This document shows, piece after piece, positions 54,990-64,000 of a DNA stretch of 64,000 nucleotides. Within the stretch, counting starts at the first letter, position 1. The number at the start of each line of letters is the position of its first letter. The stretch lies in NCBI RefSeq assembly GCF_009914755.1, contig NC_060927.1. One strand, 5' to 3'. The DNA is from the human T2T-CHM13v2.0 reference genome, Homo sapiens. The position numbers were made by a program, and so were the translations under genes. The notes beneath the pieces were generated by a model. It worked only from the letters and a program-made list of their open reading frames with translations, searched no databases and had not been told where the DNA came from.

Positions 54990-56099
54990 GGAATATAATT
55001 CTTTACTCCTATATGGGAGAGTAAAGGATGTAGTATAGACATTAATAATAATGTATATGCATTCCCTGAGAAGTGAAATCAATTGTAATTATAAATATAT
55101 TCAAAATAAAAATCATCATTGGATGAGTACTTTAGATTCTTTCCTATGAGTAAAATACCTAGATTTTTAGACATTGATTTTGACAGTTTAAAATTATATC
55201 ATATTTTTTACTATTATCTTTGTTCACAGTTATATTTAGAATGATTATATTGTGGTTCCAATGAGCTGTGATAGTGCTGGTTTGCCTTTAAGTGTCCTCA
55301 GAGTAACATAAGACCCATTATACATTAGGATGAAAGGCATTTAGATGGGAAATATCATGTATATTCCCATGAGATTTTTGAATCACCCCTGGTAAAAAAT
55401 GTGTGTATTTTGTAAAATTAAATATACAATTCAAAGGAACTCATTGTTTTCTCTGGAAAATGCCCTCTGGATTTCAAGCAAGAAATTTGCAGAAAATATT
55501 TTTTGGATAAAGATTGTGTTAAGTTTGCATGATGGATAATATAAATTATTCTGGAAATTTACTGTAGATAATTAAAAGTACTTTGTGTCATAATAGTGCT
55601 GTATACTGAGGAAAATAGGCATTCTGTTAGAAACTATACTATACTAGTGAAACTCAACCAGCCTTGATTTAGTAACTCTCTATAGCCAGTTAAAATAAGA
55701 AACTGCAAACAGAATGTGTTAAATAATCTTATTATAAATAACTGAAGTATGTTATCAACCAATAGAACCCTTATTCACTATAGCAAACCATTTGTTGTTT
55801 TCAGTATACTCTAATAGAAATGATAAACTATGATGCCTAGCATGTTTTCCCAAAAATGCCATAAGGTTACCTGAATGTTTTTCTTGTATTGAAAATGATC
55901 AGTTATAGCTATACAAATAAAATGGAGTTATAATCTAAATTTACAGTATAGAAGTATGCAATATTAAATGAATAAATATTGATAATATAAACTGCTTTCA
56001 GGGTACCCAAATATTTTTATTAAATCCCTTAAAAATGGACAAAGTCTTTCTATGCAATCAAGTGGCAAACTGCTTGTACATAAACATACAGAAGTGAAA

Positions 56100-56580
56100 A
56101 TAATCCAGTGATCTAGCTCAGAGTAAAAGCCAAAGGGCTTAAAATGCTTAATAAAGACTTTTGGTTTGGCTGCTCTCTGACTGTCTGTTCTTATTACCTA
56201 ATGTGCTTTCAGTGCCCACTTATGCTCTTCCTCAAATATACCTGTACAGTCTTGCCTCAGGTTATTTGTATTTACTGCTTCCTCTTTGCAAGTTTCACTA
56301 TCTCATCTCTAAGGCAATGCGTAAATGTCACTACCTCAGTAAGGCCTTTTCTAGCCACCCACTTAAAATTATAACCCTCTTCTTAATCTCCTTGACCTGT
56401 TTTTCCCCATTGTACTTTCTACCATATTATTTAGTTTTATTCATTTCTACTTTTTAATTGTCTCTCTTCCCTCCAAAGTAAGCTTTATAAAGGCAGAGAG
56501 TTTTTGTTCAGCTTGTTAACTGCTGTATTTCCAGTGTCCAGGGTATGGGAATGCCTGATAAATATTTATCGAATAAGCCT
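56100..56580 (+). mobile_element. L2 3' remnant
   Basis: aaatgtcactacctcagtaaggccttttct...gtaagctttataaaggcagagag...ctgctgtatttccagtg. Confidence 0.7.
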
Positions 56581-56734
56581 AAGGCCTTATCCATGTCTGT
56601 TTGCTATTGAAGTAGTCATATAAATATTTAATTGACTATTGGCAAAGAAAACACACCACAATTTGTGGCAAATTGGATATAAGGAAAGATGGGAAACCCT
56701 AAGTGCGTTTTTTATATATTTAGTTGTTCTGATA

Positions 56735-56960
56735 AGATAATGGATGCTATTTAATGTTCTTATAGTATGCCAGGAACTATCTGAAGTGCTGTACATGTAT
56801 TTATCTAATTTACACCTTACAACAACCCTGTGAAACAGGTACTATTATCAGCTCCTTTACAGTTGAGGAAACTAGTGATCAAATAAAGTTGTCATGCAAT
56901 TAATGTGTAGGAAGGCAAGACAGGACAGCTGATTCTAGAACCTGTACTTTTAACTAAAGG
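56735..56960 (-). mobile_element. MIR remnant
   Basis: caacaaccctgtgaaacaggtactattatc...tttacagttgaggaaact. Confidence 0.75.
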
Positions 56961-57090
56961 CTCATGGTTAAAATGCTGTTCCATTGATACTTTGAGTAGC
57001 TTCATTTGTATCCTTTTAATTCATTTTTATTTTGGTAAAACAAAAAAAATTGTAAGTAATCATTTCTGTTTAATCACTGTGGTTTAAAAT

Positions 57091-57119
57091 CACTTAATTA
57101 CTTTTTTCCCTTTTTGCAG
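57091..57119 (+). promoter_or_regulatory. 3' splice site (candidate branch point TTAAT, polypyrimidine tract, CAG)
   Basis: cacttaattacttttttccctttttgcag lies immediately before the TGG (Trp) codon; candidate branch A at about 57097. Confidence 0.85.
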
Positions 57120-57783
57120 TGGGATGCCATCACTGAAATGGATGAACATAATAGGCCCATTCACACATACCAGGTATGTAATGTAATGGAACCAAACCAA
57201 AACAACTGGCTTCGTACAAACTGGATCTCCCGTGATGCAGCTCAGAAAATTTATGTGGAAATGAAATTCACACTAAGGGATTGTAACAGCATCCCATGGG
57301 TCTTGGGGACTTGCAAAGAAACATTTAATCTGTTTTATATGGAATCAGATGAGTCCCACGGAATTAAATTCAAGCCAAACCAGTATACAAAGATCGACAC
57401 AATTGCTGCTGATGAGAGTTTTACCCAGATGGATTTGGGTGATCGCATCCTCAAACTCAACACTGAAATTCGTGAGGTGGGGCCTATAGAAAGGAAAGGA
57501 TTTTATCTGGCTTTTCAAGACATTGGGGCGTGCATTGCCCTGGTTTCAGTCCGTGTTTTCTACAAGAAATGCCCCTTCACTGTTCGTAACTTGGCCATGT
57601 TTCCTGATACCATTCCAAGGGTTGATTCCTCCTCTTTGGTTGAAGTACGGGGTTCTTGTGTGAAGAGTGCTGAAGAGCGTGACACTCCTAAACTGTATTG
57701 TGGAGCTGATGGAGATTGGCTGGTTCCTCTTGGAAGGTGCATCTGCAGTACAGGATATGAAGAAATTGAGGGTTCTTGCCATG
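57120..57783 (+). CDS. EPHA6: Internal coding exon (exon 3) of ephrin type-A receptor 6: ligand-binding domain plus start of the cysteine-rich region
   Basis: Translation [35 protein letters not shown]...[23 protein letters not shown]...[11 protein letters not shown]...[26 protein letters not shown]...GSCH carries hallmark EphA motifs; the specific residues match my recollection of EphA6. Acceptor: cttttttccctttttgcAG ending at 57119. Donor: CATG|GTAAGA with GT at 57784. Length 664 bp, phase 0 in, phase 1 out. Confidence 0.95.
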
Positions 57784-57789
57784 GTAAGA
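57781..57789 (+). promoter_or_regulatory. 5' splice donor of the EPHA6 exon
   Basis: ATG|GTAAGA; Eph similarity ends here and the reading frame stops shortly afterwards. Confidence 0.9.
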
Positions 57790-57837
57790 AACAAACATTT
57801 AAATAATTTATCTTGCATTTAAATGATTTTAAAAAAG

Positions 57838-57968
57838 TTTTATTTTTTAAATTAACAAATAGTAATTGTGCATATTCATGGGTGTGTAGTAATGTTTTGA
57901 TACATATAATGTATACTGATCAGATCAAAGTAGTTAATATATCCATCATCTCAAACACTGATCTTTTC
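57838..57968 (-). mobile_element. Short L1MA-type 3' end just downstream of the exon
   Basis: gtaattgtgcatattcatggg...gatcagatcaaagtagttaatatatccatcatctcaaaca. Confidence 0.75.
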
Positions 57969-59324
57969 AAAATGACGATTTATTAAAAGTAAATATTATA
58001 CATTTATTTCAAATAATACATTTTTGAGTGGTATACTTGATAATTAATTGTGAAAGCAATTGGTTCATATTAACCATAAGAAAATTTCTGTCATTTTTCT
58101 CCTGGGAAAGGTGTATGAAATTGTGCCAAAGTGCTTTCAGTAAAGTCGTTAAACAATATGAATTGCTGTATCCGCCTAATTTTTATAAAGGAAAGCAGCA
58201 TCAACAACAGCAACAAAAAGCAATGAGATTCAAAATAGTGATTTCCCTGGTGTTCACATTTTTACAGTTTATAGAAATATGACATTTAAAGACAGCAATA
58301 ATTATTTCTATCATATTGAATTATAATACTTGAATTGTACTTAAATAGAATTATATTTAAATAAATGAGGGATTCATGTATATTTTATTTCAAAAATGTA
58401 TAAGCTAGTTTATATGGGTGTTATGTATGATGTTTGGTGGTTGAATATTGACCTGATCAGAGCTTAATTAATCTTTTGCTATTATTACATAGAATTTTTC
58501 ACCATATAACACATTAGCTTTTCATTTTAATAGTAGTATTTATGTGACATCTAATTGTCAGGAAATGTTAACATCGCAAAATGCTAGTTAAGTTTAGAAC
58601 TATACCTTTCACATTGTTTTAACAATGAAATACCTATAATTTTCGTGATGAAACATTTTTCACTTTTTATGTAATTCATTTTATGAAGGCTTATTTACCT
58701 AATAAGTATATACATTCAAAAATTTTATATACCCCCTAATAAAGAGCATACGTTTGATTATAATTAGATTTAGGACTCATAATCAAAACACAAATATAGA
58801 AAAAAAATTATTTCATGGTAAATAGTAATATACCGGAGATATTTCCCTCTCAATGATAACTTCTTAAGAGGGTGTTTTCTACAGCACCAGCTTGAGTTTA
58901 TTGATTTCTTTGTTGATGTTATATTCACATTCATTAAAAAGGATGAGAATAAATAAGAAAAACATCTGTATGCATATAATGGTCATGGATAATATATGTG
59001 AAGTTTTAAAGGTTTTTTCTGTTTATAAAACACTTGGGTTCTTGACTCTTTAGAAGTTCGCTCAAGCTGCCAGTGATGATTATGTTTTGTAACTGGAGAA
59101 TACTAATATTTGCATGAGAAGTCGGTAGTATATATTTTACAAAGCATGAATCAGCTTTCCTGTGCTTTTAATCATTAAAGTATGTTTCATTCAAGTTTAG
59201 TAATATAGGTTATCAATATAGTTTATCAAAATTTTTATTCACTTATAACAAGGATTTATAATGGAGAAAAACCATAAATTATCCTGGAGTTAGGATCTAA
59301 AGATATTTTACATTGGAAAGTGCA

Positions 59325-59689
59325 TGTATTAGTTTGTTCTCATACTGCTATAAGAACTTCCTGAGACTGGGTAATTTATGAAGGAAAGAGTTTTAAATGG
59401 CTCACACTTCCACAGGCTTAACAGGAAGCACTACTGGAACACCTCAGGAAACTTACAATCATGGCAGAAGGCGAAGGGGAAGCATGTATGCCTTACCCTG
59501 GCAGCAGAGGAGAGAGAGAGTGAAAGGGGAAAGTGCCACACACTTTCAAACAACCAGATCTCATGAGAACTCACTATCATGAGAACAGCAAAAAGGAAGT
59601 CCACCCCCATGATTCAATCACTTCCCACCAGGCCCCTCCTCCAGAATTTCAAGATGAGATTTGGGTGGGGACATAGACACACCATATCA
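59325..59689 (-). mobile_element. MSTA/THE1-like MaLR solo LTR
   Basis: tgtattagtttgttctcatactgctataag...accatatca; perfect 5-bp TSD gtgca at 59320-59324 and 59690-59694. Confidence 0.9.
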
Positions 59690-60787
59690 GTGCACTAAAG
59701 AAAAATTTATACATATGAATAATTATCCAGTTAAGTGGAGAAGACAATAAGATCTAAGGATAAAATGTATTACACAGAGTAACCATGTAGTGTTTTTGGT
59801 ACAGACATGTAATATGTGTAATAATCACATCAGTTTTACCATATTTTAAATTAGGTAGAAAGCCATTACTTGGTAAAAAAAATACAGTTTTTTAAATATT
59901 TGAAGAATTATTTAATCTAAGAATTTATGTGATTTGCTATTACTAAATATTTGTATTTCTTTATGGCATTTACCACAGAATTAAAGTAACCAACCGTGAT
60001 GTCTAGATTTTTTTTTACTTAATATGCTTGCTGTGAAATTTTATTCTTATTTATATGCCTGCAAATTTCTTCTATGATTTGGCAAAGATAGTTTTGGACA
60101 AATGATAAGCAGCATCTGTTTATCTAGAGCTTCTACTTGTGTGTTTTTATGGCTTGTTATCTTTATTATCCTTTATCTGATTGCAGAAACATGAGGGAGT
60201 CAGTACAGAACAATTGTTCATCACCTTGTAGTGGATGGCAGAAATTGGAAGATTTAAGTTTGAATTCTATATCTATGGCTTACAAACCTCAAAATCAGGT
60301 GTTTTTTTTAAATTTATAAAGTAGTGGTTATAATCACCTAAAGATGAAATACATGTAAAACTATTAACAACAAGCAAACATGCCTGATTCTAATTAAATA
60401 TAATGAATTGCTATTTATAAACAAAAGAAATGTCAGAGTGGATGTGGAGACTACATTATTTTAAAGATATATATAGTGCACTACCACCAGTGTTCATTTT
60501 AGAGTACTTACTTTTATGTGTGTTCTTGATGTTGTGTGTTGCCCCTTTCTTTCCTCTGATGAGAATTTTATCATTGCTTTTATTGCCATCTATTCATAAC
60601 TTTTCTCACAAAAAAAATCTCTGAATTACATATAATCAAAAGGTCAAACTAATTCAAACTTATATGAAAAAACTGTAGTACAAGTAGAAAAGTGACCACA
60701 TATATAATAGGAAAAGAAAAAATGAGTATATCACTATTTTTCTTCTTGTCTATTCTGTGTAAACAATTAATTAATCTACAGTATTGA

Positions 60788-60944
60788 TTTTTTTTTAGAG
60801 ACAGGGTCTTATTCTGTCACCCAGGCTGGAGTGCACTGGTGCGACCATAGCTCATTCCAATCTTGAACTCCTAGGTTCAAGCGATCCTCCTGCCTTAGCC
60901 TCCCAAAGTGCTGTGATTGCAGGGGTGAGCCACTGCTTCCAGCC
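60788..60944 (-). mobile_element. Alu monomer (FRAM/FLAM-like)
   Basis: Single antisense monomer with T-tract; tattgat flanks both sides. Confidence 0.85.
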
Positions 60945-61024
60945 CCAAACTATTGATATTTTTGAGCATTTACTATTTCTTAATCACTTTCTTAAGTGGT
61001 AGAGATAAACATAAATAAGGCATA

Positions 61025-62320
61025 TGTTTCTGTTATTCATTGCTATGAGACAAAACAGCCCAAAATGTATTGGCTTAAAACCACAATGATTTATTATTTT
61101 TCAGGGCTCAGCTAGTAGTTCTGCTTAATGTACAATAAACAGCCATCACTTATGTAGCTGAATTCCACTGGGAGCTTGACTTGAGTTGGAATGTCCAAGA
61201 TAGCCCCTCATCTTCCAGGGCCTTTCTCTATGTGGCCTCTCATCATTTAGTATCTATCCCAAGCTTTCCTGGAGCGTAGTTGCTGGCTTAAGAGGGAGTT
61301 TATTCACATAACCATCTGTAAAATGAGTATCCGAGGAGATAGCACAAGAGTGAATACCTGAAAGTTTATTTATAGGGGACTGCCACCATGACAATACATT
61401 ATTTTACAGTCTTCTCTCTGGATTCTCCTGATTAATGTCCCTTCGTCATGCACAAAATCCCACACCCTCCCAAAGGTTTATCACATTAGGACATCATGTT
61501 GAAGTCCAATATAGCATGTTGAAATCAGTTCCAGATTCAAATGAAGTTTCGTTGCTAAAATCCCTGTTGATCTGCAGAACTAAGAACCTAAAAATAAGTT
61601 ATGGTTCCTTACACACACAACACACATGGAACAGGGGCAGGATAATTGGAAAATTTTCTCCCATTCCGAAAGGCAGGGAACACAACAGTCACTGGTCCAT
61701 TGTGATTGTGAAGTGCAACTGGTGTTTTCAAGGTCCCTGACTGCAGGGGCAGAGAATGTTTTCTGATTAGAGCCCAGTTCTGCTCCCTGTGATTGGTTCC
61801 CTGTGTCTTTTGGCTTTCTTACTAGTATCTTGCCGCTGCACTCTTAGTCATTCACTCTGTTTATAAGAATTGCAACTAGCAACATGCTAGTTGCTAGTTT
61901 CAACAGCTGTCTGGAAACCTCTTTAATTTGATCAACAACGTTATGAAGTGGTTTTTCTCTCTTCCAAGCTATCACAGGCAGGATTATTGCCAATTGCTCA
62001 GTACATAACATGTGTTGACCTTTTAGTATCCCCATTAACAATTTCTTTACTGATCTTCCAGCCTCTACTCACAATCTCCATGCTATTCTTCAGCTTCTAC
62101 CATCTGTTCAATCCCAAAGCAAATATCACAAGTTTTAACTTTTTGTTACGGCAACACCCAGTTATTTGCTTACAGTTTCTACAATCTGGAAATCTGGATG
62201 AGGTTCACTGGGTCATTCTTTTCCTGTCTTATCTGAGGTCACTCATGCAACTGCAGTTATTTGGAGGTTTAACAGAGCTGCATGTCTAAGATGGCTTCAC
62301 TCATGTATAATGCTTCATCT
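61025..62320 (-). mobile_element. Old MLT1-type MaLR remnant (LTR, internal, LTR fragments)
   Basis: LTR-like tggcttaaaaccacaatgatttattatt at 61071 and aagatggcttcactcatgt at 62288, flanking probable internal sequence; tentative. Confidence 0.5.
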
Positions 62321-63087
62321 GTTGTGTCTGAGGTAACGTTGTGTACTGTCTAAATCCTGGTAACAATTTTAGTATGTTTTATTTCAGGAAATTATTCTAG
62401 TTTTTTTTTTCTTTCTGATATATCGATTCTAAGGGGTTACTCACCTTAGCATTCAAGGAATTGTACATTTTGACCTTGTCCTGTTCTTTTGTAACCTCAG
62501 CAAATTCTGTCCACTATTCTGGTTTTTATAATTTTTGAACAATCCATGCGTTTTTGTATCTCTTACCTTTTTTCATATTTTACCTAGCTGCTTTTGTACC
62601 CTTTTCTTCTTTTTCTGTGATGAAATTGTATTTATTCTTCAAGACCTAACACCAATGTCATGCCTCTGGGTCTTCACAAAGTTATTATCACTCTCCTCTG
62701 TGCTACAATTTGTGCTAATTATTTGTGTATCTGTTTCACTAGGGCTGTCAGATAAAAGAGGTGTACTTAAAAAATCACATGATGTGAATGATCACAAAGC
62801 ACTGAGTAGTTAAAAGTGCAGCCTGTTGGTGCTCCTGTGGAATGCTCTGTTTCTTCTCATTTCTGTGAAATAAGTAAATTTTCTTGAGGGAGAGTTGTAG
62901 TATTTTAGATCTGGAAGGCCTTAGAAAATATTTTTATCCATCATTTTATGAATCAGGACACTAAATTACTGAGAACAGAATTTAATTTCCTGGGGCCACA
63001 CAGTCGTAACTAATGTTAGATTGAGAACAAAGCCCAAATATGTCTTAATCTGGCCTTTATATGTTTCCCTTCCACCTATCCCCCATT

Positions 63088-63322
63088 CTTTTTTTTTTTT
63101 TTAATGAGACAGAGTCTCTCTCTGTCACCAGGCTAGAGTACAGTGGCGCGATCTTGCCGCACTGCAACTTCCGCCTCCTGGGTTCAAGCGATTCTCAAGC
63201 CTCAGCCTCCTGAGTAACTGAGATTTGTTGGACAGGATAGTCTCAATCTCCTGACCTCCTGATCTGCCTGCCTCGGCCTCCCAAACTGCTGGGATTACAG
63301 GCATGAGCCACTGCTCCTGGCC
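63088..63322 (-). mobile_element. AluSc-like with an internal deletion
   Basis: Antisense Alu in which the right-arm start and A-rich linker are missing (gtaactgagatt joins directly to tgttggacagg). Confidence 0.88.
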
Positions 63323-64000
63323 CCCACTATTCTTTCTCACTCTTTCATTTCCTCATTCCAGACATCTATGCCCTCACTTTGAAATGCTTCAATGTTTGCT
63401 GCCTGCCAGACCCAAAGCACAGGAGCCCTAAGTTTCTCATTATTAATTAGGCCTGCTCTGCCTTCTATTTCTCTTCAGGAGTCTAATGTGGACACTGCTG
63501 GAGCAAGATTTAAGCATCACTTTTGAAATTCATGCTGCTGAGGATGATGAAAATATATATAGATATGGATTCATCTGGAACTTTGCTTTTAGAGATGATA
63601 AACAGGAAAAATTACAGTGAGGCTTTAGGGATTTTTGTAATTTGCTTGAATGAATTTGAGACCTCTTGGTCAGCTATGCAACTAAGACACAATAAGCTGA
63701 TTTAAAATAGAATAAATCTGTATCTAGTCATACTCCATATCTACTGAATGATGTATATTTAAATTGATGTATATTTAAATTGCATTTAAATAACTTGTTA
63801 TGATATTTTATCCTAAAAGTCGTACTACTGAATGTTTGAATTTGTGATTCCTTTTTGCATAATATTGTTAAGGCTTACCTGTATCCAAATTCTAGAAGCA
63901 CAAAAGAGGGCAGTAGACTTTTACTCTTGCTGTATGAACCAGGCTTAAATAGATAGAAAGATTATATTAAGCATGTTTGCTAAAATTTAAAAGCAAACAC

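Noticed and set aside
57114-57806. Track ORF of 230 aa as a standalone gene
   Set aside because: The TTG start and the KKQTFK tail are intronic; the real coding part is the spliced exon 57120-57783.

Overview
This is human intronic DNA: AT-rich, repeat-dense, and carrying a human-specific AluYb8-type insertion. It contains one real coding exon, a 664-bp + strand exon (57120-57783) encoding most of the ephrin ligand-binding domain and the start of the Cys-rich region of an EphA receptor, recognised as EPHA6 (its large exon 3). The rest is intron. It holds two full-length but inactivated L1PA elements antisense to the gene (about 6384-12567 and 48857-54989, both with TSDs), the 5' end of an older L1P, three 5'-inverted (twin-primed) L1 fragments, about 11 Alus, several LTRs, a Tigger DNA transposon, L2/MIR relics and microsatellites. 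Almost all other ORFs in the track are L1/Alu fragments or chance ORFs. I found no evidence for a new multi-gene system. The most interesting observations are: (1) an open L1 ORF0 with a phase-0 splice-donor-like site 2.3 kb upstream of the phase-0 EPHA6 acceptor, allowing a possible in-frame ORF0-EphA6 chimera; (2) a locally templated 72-bp insertion inside an Alu, one of four short direct duplications whose partner lies 0.9-1.3 kb away; (3) a 17-bp tandem duplication in the ZNF93-target segment of an L1PA3/4 5'UTR; (4) a near-pristine 5'-truncated AluYb8/9. Repeat subfamily names come from recognising consensus sequences by eye and need RepeatMasker/Dfam confirmation.
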